From positions 1 to 33,829 of the forward strand of contig JACPVU010000008.1 of assembly GCA_016191585.1 (NCBI GenBank): a DNA stretch of 33,829 bases, written 5' to 3'. The DNA comes from an archaeon. Its GTDB lineage: Archaea; Aenigmatarchaeota; Aenigmatarchaeia; GW2011-AR5. Shown piece by piece: positions 25,501 through 33,519 of this stretch. Every line of letters begins with the position of its first letter. Within the stretch, counting starts at the first letter, position 1. The position numbers and the translations under genes were made by a program. The notes below the pieces were generated by a model. That model searched no databases. It saw only the letters and a program-made list of their open reading frames with translations, and had not been told where the DNA came from.

Positions 25501-27807
25501 AGCAATTCCGGATATGCCGGCAGGGTAATAACTTTTGATACGATTTATCCTGTCATTAATAATTATACACCTTCTGATTATTCCAGCTATTCCAAAGGCG
25601 GCCAGAACGAGTCTTTGTCCGTTAATTACACAGAAATTAACTTAGATAGCGTATACTTTTTCTGGCAAAACGGCTCTGGTGGGAACTTTACACAGACTAA
25701 TCTGACTGGCTGCGAATCTGGCAACAAAAAGATATGTTCAGCGAATCTTAACTTGTCAGGATTTACAGAAGGCACTTTGATTCAATTCTACTTTGGGGTG
25801 TTCGATAAGACAGGGAAATCAAGCTATTTATTTACGCCGTCTGCAGATCCGTTTAGTGCGACTATTGATCGAATTTCACCAAACGTGACAATTTCTTCTA
25901 TACGCAATTCACAAAAATTCAACTCTGACAATGTAACTTTAAATTTCACAGCCATAGACAATAAATTGATTTCCAGTTGCTCGTACAAATTAAATAGCAA
26001 CGGTGATGCGAGCATAACTAAAAATATAACATTTGTCGCAGAACAAGGCAATAACACCCTTATAGTTTCTTGCACTGATAGCGCTGGAAACAAGGGCAAT
26101 TCTTCAGTTGCTTTCTTTGTTGATTCTGTATATCCAATTATTTCTCTTCAATCACCGCAAAATACAACTTATAATTTCAATACTTCATTGAAATTGAATT
26201 CCACAGTAAATGAAGCAAATCTTGATAAGATTTGGTACAGGCTCGATAACAATGAAAACATCACACTGACAGAGAATACAACGTTCAGTGCGTCAGAAGG
26301 TTCGCATGTATTATACATGTCTGCAAACGATTCCGTAAATAACCTAAAATCTACTTCTATAGAATTTACAATAGATATAACGCCTATTCAGGTATCATTT
26401 GTCAGTGCAACACCACTGAACGAAATTCTCAATATGAGAAATTCTATAACCATAAACGTTACAACAAACGGGGTTCCGGATTCTATTGTGTTAGAATGGA
26501 ATGGGACAAATGAGACTATAAATGGTAACGGCACAAATTGGTTTATATCAAAAGTTAGTTTATCAGATGGTAACTATACGTTCAAAGCTTATCTTAATGA
26601 TTCGGTTGGAAATCAAAATGTATCCGAGATGAGATGGGTATTCATAAACGTTACAAGAAACACGACTTCTTTGATACGAAATATAAATCAAACACTATCA
26701 TTTCAAAACATAACAGTCAAGATTCTAAATTCAGCAGGCGAACCTATGGATAGCAGTCAATTGATTTCATTTGAAAACTATACGCTTCAATTTAACATAA
26801 GCAATGTTTTCATAGAAACGGCAAACTTTTTGGTTAATAGTCTTAATTCTTCTGCAATAGTTAATATCACAAATAATATCACCGCAGAATTAAACATATC
26901 AGCGGCATTCAACAAATCAGGCGGTTCGCTAGACAACTATGTATGGGTGGATTTGAACAATTTGCTGCCTTCGGGCAACTTCACAGCTAAGATAATATTC
27001 CCGAGAATTTATGCACTATACTTCTACCTGAATGGCACAAGGGATGCACCTAACATAACGCAAGTCAAAAGTGTCTGTAACATAAACTTATCTAATATCC
27101 CTTGCTATAATATCTCCGCTAACATATCTACTCTGTACCTTCCTTCGTTTTCAGGAGGTGCTGGTGGCAATGACACGCAAGCACCGTCGATTAGTGTAAG
27201 CTCGCCAATATCAGGTACCACTTATTCTTCTTCGTCTATACCATTGACCTACACTGTAAGTGATAATGTAGCTGTTGATAAGTGCTGGTACAGTTTGAAT
27301 TCTGGGTCTAACACAACTTTACCAAATTGTGCAAATGCTACCATAACAGCATCCGATGGGTCGAACACCCTTAATGTTTATGCAAATGACACATCAAATA
27401 ACCTGAACCAGATAACTGTGGCGTTTACGTTTAGCCAACCAGTACCAACTTCATCTAGCGGCGGAGGCGGGGGAGGCGGGGGATATATTCCATCTCAGCA
27501 GACAAAGCAAAATCAGACGAATGCAACAACTACTGCGCAAAAAACAGAACAGCAGGCTAACAAAACAGTTACCATATCAATTTCAAATCAAACATTAGTT
27601 AACCGAACCGCGCAAATAACAACCGGAAATGAAACAAGCAATAAAAACAAGTCAAATGAAGCAAATCAGACAGCGAACATAGGCCCTTCAGGATTTGTTA
27701 TAGGTTCTCCTGAAAATATTGTTATTGGAGGGTCCTTATCAGCAATAATTGTTGCAGGTTTGGTTGTCTGGAAATTCAAATCTGCAAGAAAACAAAGGAA
27801 GAAGTAA
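22570..27807 (+). CDS. Cell-surface S8 (subtilisin-like) serine protease, multidomain
   Basis: VLDTG, HGHGTHVAG, AAGN and GTSMATP motifs. Two PPC-like domains (DxDLYL...G.W), Ig-like D..PP repeats, poly-Gly/NQT stalk, C-terminal TM helix followed by RKQRKK. Confidence 0.95.
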   Translation: MKSYWYLIAVFAVALSSLNQIGFSAEVDPGLLVSIGKMQPDDYIHVIIIANDKLSESQHELLRSLGVTIERNFTLATWYEASSYVKDIYNLQNLDFVTQIKSIEDYEPLAGETPAKDNNDTSLLIPTVILLVIFAVAALSMKRKHYKILALALLVAALFSQIPVSHAEEGGIPLELNTASTGFQEAKNIELPEKAYPRIAQNQIKAKDNKVDPRILASGDDTVKVLVETTDEYTDSDLRYVQKTKMQEFQLGNFLYMEVPKSEINKLEKTSSVKKVQFDEEYKPLLDIAVPLINTGSFLANNFNGSGIKVCVLDTGVNKTHPALISRVVAEKDFVTTDSDGDNPADFHGHGTHVAGIVASNDSIYRGVAFGSSILNAKVFSSTSGSATTGSIISGIDWCISQGANILTLSLGGKDEQNDGSDVLSQYVDLAADQGKVVTIAAGNSGPSGDTSCRTNRDSSGSSYSVCEPGLAHKAITVGSTQTSKYTGNTNDGLSGFSSRGPASDNRIKPDVTAPGQVITSSWINGGYNSISGTSMATPVVAGLSALILQARNVSPEEVKTLLMNTAVDLGSTGKDNSYGAGRVNASRVFDEINNTVRDAIDTPAYKIHNIFVPSGDKEIRATLYWPENYSLHNDVDLYLLDPAGNVRTYSISSYNTDEIIKLPNPSPAGNWKLLVDPFNVSGNQVYSLASNFKPSGQMYLAATNVSNKIIYHQINVTNSSKKLIVDLDWNFTNVNLDIYLYNTSGHLVNYSNAVNTNYEEVIIDNPSTGIWLVRLVPSYLAGKAGVDYALTSTFAISSQITDDIPPDVTLIEPVNKTYGARNINSTFRAADNLNTFVDCYRNLDNTTDFIGTIQNNSLFAYNFSVSDGAHNISITCADTANNFGNSSLIYFSVDTIPPTITFVSPSDSNNSFVNRNHTFIGVNVADSNDIDSCFLEWNNVNQSMTKIGSGNSITCFLNKTDSDGTYSYKIYANDSISNSGYAGRVITFDTIYPVINNYTPSDYSSYSKGGQNESLSVNYTEINLDSVYFFWQNGSGGNFTQTNLTGCESGNKKICSANLNLSGFTEGTLIQFYFGVFDKTGKSSYLFTPSADPFSATIDRISPNVTISSIRNSQKFNSDNVTLNFTAIDNKLISSCSYKLNSNGDASITKNITFVAEQGNNTLIVSCTDSAGNKGNSSVAFFVDSVYPIISLQSPQNTTYNFNTSLKLNSTVNEANLDKIWYRLDNNENITLTENTTFSASEGSHVLYMSANDSVNNLKSTSIEFTIDITPIQVSFVSATPLNEILNMRNSITINVTTNGVPDSIVLEWNGTNETINGNGTNWFISKVSLSDGNYTFKAYLNDSVGNQNVSEMRWVFINVTRNTTSLIRNINQTLSFQNITVKILNSAGEPMDSSQLISFENYTLQFNISNVFIETANFLVNSLNSSAIVNITNNITAELNISAAFNKSGGSLDNYVWVDLNNLLPSGNFTAKIIFPRIYALYFYLNGTRDAPNITQVKSVCNINLSNIPCYNISANISTLYLPSFSGGAGGNDTQAPSISVSSPISGTTYSSSSIPLTYTVSDNVAVDKCWYSLNSGSNTTLPNCANATITASDGSNTLNVYANDTSNNLNQITVAFTFSQPVPTSSSGGGGGGGGYIPSQQTKQNQTNATTTAQKTEQQANKTVTISISNQTLVNRTAQITTGNETSNKNKSNEANQTANIGPSGFVIGSPENIVIGGSLSAIIVAGLVVWKFKSARKQRKK

Positions 27808-27906
27808 AATGACTAGCGATTTTCTTCCTGACTACGAAACCAAATTTCATTGTTAAGGCAAAAGAATACTGTCTTTCTTTGGTAGATGAATTGTGCCATA
27901 AATATA

Positions 27907-27998
27907 GCAGATGTCATTATTTTTCGTACAAAAATAATGTCTCTGTATATAGCATCTGACATCATAATATGTCTGAATATTTATGTCAGATGCTATAT
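27907..27998. repeat. Tandem intergenic inverted repeats
   Basis: CATTATTTTT/AAAAATAATG (10 bp) and ATATAGCATCTGACAT(27947-62)/ATGTCAGATGCTATAT(27983-98) (16 bp, perfect). Confidence 0.7.
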
Positions 27999-28115
27999 GA
28001 GCCATACTCTCCTCATTAAAACAACCCGAAACGACATCAGGGTGTTCCTAACTGATACAACATCCTTAAGTGTGCGGAAGCGGTCATTTATAAAGACTTC
28101 TTAAAAATAAATCGC

Positions 28116-28439
28116 ATGGATTATCTTATAAAATTCGGATACAGAAAAGACGGCACATTTACCGGGTCAAAACTAAATAAAAATCAGATAAACGATATAG
28201 AATCCGCAATAAAAGCAGGAATGCTTAGAAAATATGAACTAATTGAATCACCGTCCAGAAACAAGCAATTCAGCGTTGAGATCGAAGACAACAATCAATA
28301 CGCAAAACTAGATGTTTTTCCCAGATTGGAAAGCTGCGATACCGGCAGAATCAAGAGAGAAATAATGAAAATAAGGAAAAAAAGCGGCAACGAAAATATA
28401 AGCATAAGACTATACAGCAGCATGAAATCTTACTTCTGA
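28116..28439 (+). CDS. Hypothetical protein, 107 aa
   Basis: TTTATAAA about 25 nt upstream of the ATG; plausible composition; no family recognised. Confidence 0.7.
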   Translation: MDYLIKFGYRKDGTFTGSKLNKNQINDIESAIKAGMLRKYELIESPSRNKQFSVEIEDNNQYAKLDVFPRLESCDTGRIKREIMKIRKKSGNENISIRLYSSMKSYF

Positions 28440-28481
28440 TTTTAACGCTGGTTTTTAATAATTAGAAAATACTGATACACT

Positions 28482-28949
28482 ATGCACGTGCTCATGAAGT
28501 TCGTTTACGAGGCGATAAGGGACATATCGTCTTTAGGCGGAATAGCGTTCTACGGACTGCTTTTCCTGTTCACTCTCGCGGTTCAACAATACATAATAAC
28601 AATGAAACTTCTTTTCATGATAATTGCCATAATGATAGTGACGTATTCAATAAAGTCCGTATACTTCAAGGCGAGGCCTGACAACAAGGCAAAAAAGAAG
28701 GGAAAAAATCTGCTGGAAAAAGCCGACCTCTCCTCATTTCCGAGCGTCCATTCGGCAAGGATAACAGCCTTGGGCGTACTGGGCTCACTGACATTCATGA
28801 ACATATGGCTGACGTTGCTGCTCACTGCTATTGTCATAGTTGTATGTGTGTCAAGAATCGTACTCAGCCGCCATTACAAGGCAGACGTCGCAGCAGGCAT
28901 AATACTTGGATTGATCGTCGGGTACGCGGCGTTTGTCCTTATTCATTAA
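28482..28949 (+). CDS. PAP2-family membrane phosphatase (lipid-pyrophosphate phosphatase-like)
   Basis: K-X6-RP (KSVYFKARP), FPSVH and SR-X5-H-X3-D motifs. Confidence 0.92.
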   Translation: MHVLMKFVYEAIRDISSLGGIAFYGLLFLFTLAVQQYIITMKLLFMIIAIMIVTYSIKSVYFKARPDNKAKKKGKNLLEKADLSSFPSVHSARITALGVLGSLTFMNIWLTLLLTAIVIVVCVSRIVLSRHYKADVAAGIILGLIVGYAAFVLIH

Positions 28950-29327
28950 AGAAACACGCTCTTCCATGTTAAGAATTTTGCTGTATTTTTCAAAAAGTTC
29001 TGCATTTATTTCTGAAAAATTAATGCCATCTATTTTAGGAAAATCATTACTATCAATTTCTTTAGTAATCGTACCTTTACCTATACTGCTGATATAGGTT
29101 ACTTCTGGTATATCATTGATGACTACATTAAATTTCGAGTCTGCACATGCATTCACATAACCAATGCTGTTCTTTTCAGCGTCATCCCACCAAATGAATT
29201 TGTACGTATCATCATAGAAACTTGACCCTGCAACCATGATATTATCCATATACTCTTTTTCGTTTGTATGTTTTAACTTGACAAGTATACCTTTCTTCAG
29301 GATATTGTTGTATTTCATACTTATCAT
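28851..29327 (-). CDS. Hypothetical protein, paralog of 29343-29672
   Basis: Shares KY..L..G.LV.L.H, D.TY.FIWW.D, VTY and FEK....LN with its neighbour. The 3' end overlaps the PAP2 gene. Confidence 0.7.
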   Translation of the reverse strand: MISMKYNNILKKGILVKLKHTNEKEYMDNIMVAGSSFYDDTYKFIWWDDAEKNSIGYVNACADSKFNVVINDIPEVTYISSIGKGTITKEIDSNDFPKIDGINFSEINAELFEKYSKILNMEERVSLMNKDKRRVPDDQSKYYACCDVCLVMAAEYDS

Positions 29328-29342
29328 CTGTCATATTTTTAC

Positions 29343-29672
29343 TTACAAAAGAGCTTTGTTAAGCATACTCTCCCACTTTTCAAATATATTTTTCTTTTCA
29401 TGATCTTCCCTGTATTCGGTATGTATACCGTTGAAAGCATTTTTATACGTCACGTTTAGTGAACCATCCAGTTTTTCGATATTAATATGGTCAACAAAAA
29501 TCTCGGCGTGTTTAATGGCTTTTTTATTAGGGTCTTTCCACCAAATGAAACCATAGGTCTCGTCCTCTTTGTCAAAATTTTTAACAACAGCACGCACGTA
29601 ATTTTCGCCGAATCTGTGCCTGAGATTTACGAGTGTGCCAACGCCGAGAAGTTCAGAATATTTCAATGCCAT
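29343..29672 (-). CDS. Hypothetical protein, paralog of 28851-29327
   Basis: See paralog. A TTTAAAAA-like box lies about 25 nt upstream. Confidence 0.75.
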   Translation of the reverse strand: MALKYSELLGVGTLVNLRHRFGENYVRAVVKNFDKEDETYGFIWWKDPNKKAIKHAEIFVDHINIEKLDGSLNVTYKNAFNGIHTEYREDHEKKNIFEKWESMLNKALL

Positions 29673-29826
29673 GCAATATCAATTTCTCAAATCTTTTTAA
29701 ACCTGACTGCACAGAATAAGACTATGAGCAGTGGACGTCCCTGTTGTCGGTACTGATTCTTATCTGTTTAGATATAATAAAGGAGAGAAGAATGATAAGG
29801 AAGAGAACCTTGGTTCTCGCCTTATT

Positions 29827-29984
29827 GCTGGGTTGGCAGATCGGCCATGCGCCGGCCTGCAGACAAATCCCTTTTCTTGAAAGAAAAGGTCTTTGTATTC
29901 CCTAAAAGAACTCAAGGACTGTCAAGAAAGAAAGTGGATTGAAGCAGTAAGCCGGATAGGGGCGTTCAACTCGCCCACCCAGCT
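29827..29984 (+). tRNA. tRNA-Cys(GCA) with 87-nt intron at 37/38 (29863-29949)
   Basis: Acceptor GCTGGGT/ACCCAGC plus U73, anticodon stem CCGGC/GCCGG with CT-GCA-G|A, T-arm GGGCG-TTCAACT-CGCCC. The intron 3' end GCAG-TA|A pairs with CTGC, giving a BHB/BHL motif. Confidence 0.92.
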
Positions 29985-30008
29985 CTGAATAAAGATAAAG
30001 GTGATTAT

Positions 30009-31421
30009 GTGCCGTTCAGGATTTTCAACACGATGAAGAGAAAGAAACAGGTTTTCAAGCTTGGACATATCAAGATCGTTAAGCTGTATACGTGCGGGCC
30101 GACTGTCTACAACTATGCACATATAGGAAATTTCCGCGCGTACCTTTTCTACGATATTCTGAGAAGATATTTAGAGTACATAGGCTATGAAGTGAAACAC
30201 GTCATGAATCTGACTGATGTGGACGATAAAACTATACGAGACAGCCAAAAAGAAAACATGGCTCTGAAGGATTTCACGCAAAAATATATAGACGCATTTT
30301 TCAACGATATAAAAATACTAAGGATAAAACCAGCCCATATTTATCCGAAGGCTACTGACCACATAAACGACATGGTTGACATGATAAAGAAATTGATGCT
30401 TAGGGGTTATGCGTACAGGGGAGATGATGGGTCGGTTTATTTTTCAATCAAAAAGTTTAAAAATTACGGGAAACTGTCAAAACTGAAGATAAAGAAACTG
30501 AAAGCCGGGGCAAGAGTCAGCCAGGACGAATACACCAAACAAGAGGCAAAGGACTTTGCCTTATGGAAAGCATGGATTCCTGAAGATGGTAACATTTTCT
30601 GGATAACGCCGCTTGGCAAGGGAAGGCCTGGCTGGCATATCGAATGCTCTGTAATGTCTCAGAAGTATTTGCAGTCCATAAACATACACGGCGGCGGTGT
30701 CGACCTGATATTTCCGCACCACGAAAACGAGATAGCGCAGTCGGAATGCTCGTCAGAAAAGAAGTTCGTGGACTACTGGGTTCACTGCAATCATTTGTAT
30801 GTGGACGGAAAAAAGATGAGCAAGTCGCTTGGCAACTTCTACACACTCCGTGATATCCTGGAAAAAAATTATGATCCCGTGGCTTTCCGGTATCTCTGCC
30901 TGTCAACCCATTACAGGAGCCAGCTGAATTTCACCTTTGGTTCATTGGAAAAAGCAAAAACAACAGTTGACAACTTCAACGAATTCCTGAGAAAACTGGA
31001 GTGGCTGCAGAAAGAGAAGTCAGACGTCAGGCCAAACCACATCCTTCATAAATTGATCAAAAACACGAAGGAGAAGTTCAGGAACGCCATGGACAACGAC
31101 CTCAATACGCCGCAGGCGCTGGCATCTGTTTTCAACCTTATCAAGGCCGTTAATATTGCAATAGACAAAAACACCGCTGACAAACGTACGCTGCAGGCGG
31201 TCTACAAGTTCCTTATGGAGATAAACGATATATTCGACATAGTGGAAAAAGAAAGTGCGGAAGAGCTTACGGCAGAAGAGAAAGGGTTGATCGAGAAAAG
31301 GGAGCAGCTAAGAAAGGAGAAAAACTTCGAAGAAGCCGATAAAATAAGGAATGCACTGAAGAATAGAGGCATTATTCTGGAAGACACGCCGCAGGGCGTC
31401 ATGTGGAAGAGAGAGAAATGA
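30009..31421 (+). CDS. cysS: Cysteinyl-tRNA synthetase (class I)
   Basis: YTCGPTVY, HIGN, DFALWK, GRPGWHIEC, HHENE and KMSKS motifs. GTG start after GGTGA. Confidence 0.98.
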   Translation: MPFRIFNTMKRKKQVFKLGHIKIVKLYTCGPTVYNYAHIGNFRAYLFYDILRRYLEYIGYEVKHVMNLTDVDDKTIRDSQKENMALKDFTQKYIDAFFNDIKILRIKPAHIYPKATDHINDMVDMIKKLMLRGYAYRGDDGSVYFSIKKFKNYGKLSKLKIKKLKAGARVSQDEYTKQEAKDFALWKAWIPEDGNIFWITPLGKGRPGWHIECSVMSQKYLQSINIHGGGVDLIFPHHENEIAQSECSSEKKFVDYWVHCNHLYVDGKKMSKSLGNFYTLRDILEKNYDPVAFRYLCLSTHYRSQLNFTFGSLEKAKTTVDNFNEFLRKLEWLQKEKSDVRPNHILHKLIKNTKEKFRNAMDNDLNTPQALASVFNLIKAVNIAIDKNTADKRTLQAVYKFLMEINDIFDIVEKESAEELTAEEKGLIEKREQLRKEKNFEEADKIRNALKNRGIILEDTPQGVMWKREK

Positions 31422-31879
31422 CAGGAAAAAATAACATGAAAATCCGCAATGCCAGAAGGACAGACGTGAATAGTCTCTATAGGATGGCAAGAAACGATCT
31501 TGGAAGGTTCAGCTGGTTCCACAAGGAATCACTAATCAAGAACCTGAAAGAAGAGCCAAAATTATGTTTTGTGCTGGAATGCAACAAAAAAACCGAGGGC
31601 GCATTGTTTTTCAGACAGGAATGGAACGACGTTGTATGGGAATGGTTGATTTTCCTTCATGGTCATATGCAACATAAAGGGCTTGCGCAAGATTTCGAGA
31701 AAAATGCCATGAGGATCCTGAGAAAAAAAGGATACAAAATAGCGTACGCAGAAGTTGACCTAAGGAACAGGCATATGCTTCACTGGTGCAGGAAGAACGG
31801 ATACAAGAAAGTTTGCAGGTTTCCGGACTGGTTCGGAAATGGAAAGCACGCAGTAATTTTCAGGAAGAATATAAAGTAG
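31418..31879 (+). CDS. GNAT-family N-acetyltransferase (RimI-like)
   Basis: KIRNA...D, QHKGLA (acetyl-CoA motif A), N..ML.W.RKNGY. ATGA overlap with the cysS stop. Confidence 0.85.
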   Translation: MTGKNNMKIRNARRTDVNSLYRMARNDLGRFSWFHKESLIKNLKEEPKLCFVLECNKKTEGALFFRQEWNDVVWEWLIFLHGHMQHKGLAQDFEKNAMRILRKKGYKIAYAEVDLRNRHMLHWCRKNGYKKVCRFPDWFGNGKHAVIFRKNIK

Positions 31880-31888
31880 GTGCGAAAA

Positions 31889-32047
31889 ATGATACACTGG
31901 TTCGTGTTCAATCTCATAGTTCTGATAGTGGCGCTGTCGCTATTGCTCGGGGTGAAGAACGAGATAACCACGGCAATAGCGATGATACTCGTTGTAATAA
32001 CCATTATACTGATGATAAAGGATTTCTTCATGGTAAGGGGCGAATAG
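31889..32047 (+). CDS. Small 2-TM membrane protein, 52 aa (not in ORF track)
   Basis: MIHWFVFNLIVLIVALSLLLGVKNEITTAIAMILVVITIILMIKDFFMVRGE*, with AGGTG RBS upstream. Confidence 0.7.
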   Translation: MIHWFVFNLIVLIVALSLLLGVKNEITTAIAMILVVITIILMIKDFFMVRGE

Positions 32048-32050
32048 TCT

Positions 32051-32094
32051 GAAAAGAAAGCTTTATAAGTTCTAAAATATAACATACGTTATAT
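32051..32094 (+). promoter_or_regulatory. BRE/TATA promoter plus operator-like inverted repeat
   Basis: GAAAAGAAAGCTTTATAAG, then ATATAAC-ATAC-GTTATAT (32077-32094) over the start site. Confidence 0.5.
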
Positions 32095-32674
32095 GAAGAA
32101 ACCGATCGTTCCTAAAAGTTACCGTAGAATCATAACAGAAACTGGGAGACAGAGGGTTTTGGAAATACTGGCTAAATACCCGGAAATGGAATTCAGTTTG
32201 AGTGATTTGGCAAAAGAATCCGGAGTAGCAAAGGCAAACATAGGATCGATACTGGACGATTTGCAAAAGATGAATCTTGTTGAAATAACAAAACTAAGCA
32301 AGATATGGAGGATCAGGGCAAAACAGGGCAGCCCTGAATTCATAAAAAATAAAATTATACACAATCTTCATTTAGTCTATTACAGCGGGCTTGTGGAATT
32401 TCTCAGCGACTATTTTAACAACCCAAAATGCATCATACTCTTCGGGAGTTTCAGGCATGGTGATGACGTATCGGGCTCTGACATTGATATAGCAATAGAA
32501 ACAGACAAAAAAAGAGACGATATCATAGAAATCAAGGAATTGATGGCTTTTGAAAAAGAAATCGGCAGAAAGATACAGATTCATCTGTTCAACAGGAAAA
32601 ATGTTGATTTGAATGTCTTTAATAATATAGCAAATGGCATAGTTCTTTCAGGTTTTCTGGAGGTCAAACCATGA
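32093..32674 (+). CDS. wHTH-MNT fusion (putative antitoxin/autorepressor)
   Basis: FSLSDLAKESGVAKANIGSILDDL (HTH); ILFGSFRHGDDVSGSDIDIA (GS-X10-DxD). Confidence 0.9.
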   Translation: MKKPIVPKSYRRIITETGRQRVLEILAKYPEMEFSLSDLAKESGVAKANIGSILDDLQKMNLVEITKLSKIWRIRAKQGSPEFIKNKIIHNLHLVYYSGLVEFLSDYFNNPKCIILFGSFRHGDDVSGSDIDIAIETDKKRDDIIEIKELMAFEKEIGRKIQIHLFNRKNVDLNVFNNIANGIVLSGFLEVKP

Positions 32675-33108
32675 AAAAGGAAACTGTAGAAAGATTATTG
32701 AAATCAGGCGATATACGCATCAGGCAAAAAGATATGGAAAGGATAAAATCCCTGATAAAATCGGCTGAGATAAATGCAAGCATTGCCAAGAAAATAGAAT
32801 TGAATGAAAACAGCGCGACTCTCGTATTCAGGGAAATATACGAATCAATCAGGCAATTGGGCGATGCAAAATGGTGGCTTTTCGGCTACGAGCCTGAAAA
32901 TCATGAGGTAAGTCTGGAAACTCTAAAAGAAATGAGCATAAAAGAAAAAATAAAGCTGAATCACATAGACAGGTTCAGGAAAATAAGGCACGACGCAAAT
33001 TACAGAGGTTATATGGTGTCTGTTTCCCAGACAGAAGAAATGATAGAATTCTGGGACAAATGCGGGCCAGATATAATAAATATTTTGCTCAAGGAAGCAA
33101 AGAGCTGA
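32671..33108 (+). CDS. HEPN domain protein (putative toxin)
   Basis: YESIRQ...GY...NHE and FRKIRHDANYRG (R-X4-Y); ATGA overlap with the MNT gene. Confidence 0.8.
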   Translation: MKKETVERLLKSGDIRIRQKDMERIKSLIKSAEINASIAKKIELNENSATLVFREIYESIRQLGDAKWWLFGYEPENHEVSLETLKEMSIKEKIKLNHIDRFRKIRHDANYRGYMVSVSQTEEMIEFWDKCGPDIINILLKEAKS

Positions 33109-33113
33109 TAAAA

Positions 33114-33464
33114 ATGCCGACGAGAAGAAACGACCGCAGGAGCAAGCCCGAATACCAGGTAAAGATAGCAAAAGAGCGCATCAACATACTCATGAACGAG
33201 GCTATGGCTGCACAAAAAGAAAACCCTGAGATGTCAAAGAGATACTTCATTTTGGCGAAAAAAATAGGCATGAGGTACAACGTGCTGATACCAGGAAACA
33301 AGAAAAGAAAGTTCTGCAAAAAGTGTTTTTCCTTCCTGTCAGAGGGCTGGAGATTTAAGGGCGGCCAGGCGCGTGTGACCTGCAAAAATTGCGGACAATC
33401 GATGCGCTACCCTTATAAACCTTTTAGGTCAAAGAAAAAGAACAAAAGAACGGAACACAGGTAA
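33114..33464 (+). CDS. rnp4: RNase P protein component 4 (Rpp21/Rpr2)
   Basis: IAKERINIL, RY..LAKKI, KRKFCKKC...VTCKNCG..RYPY zinc ribbon. Confidence 0.95.
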   Translation: MPTRRNDRRSKPEYQVKIAKERINILMNEAMAAQKENPEMSKRYFILAKKIGMRYNVLIPGNKKRKFCKKCFSFLSEGWRFKGGQARVTCKNCGQSMRYPYKPFRSKKKNKRTEHR

Positions 33465-33519
33465 TAAATGACAATAAAAACGTTCTTAATCTTTACGGAT
33501 TAATTAGAGCGAAGTAATT

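Noticed and set aside
2630-26099. Many antisense and alternate-frame ORFs within the large surface genes (up to 353 aa)
   Set aside because: Shadow ORFs produced by Thr/Ala/Ser/Gly codon bias; they have no motifs and are fully nested in confident genes.
27886-28104. 72-aa ORF
   Set aside because: Coincides with inverted repeats and the next gene's TATA box; no coding features.
31786-32052. 88-aa + strand ORF and 101-aa - strand ORF
   Set aside because: Both overlap the GNAT gene; the 52-aa TM ORF with an RBS at 31889 is a better fit.
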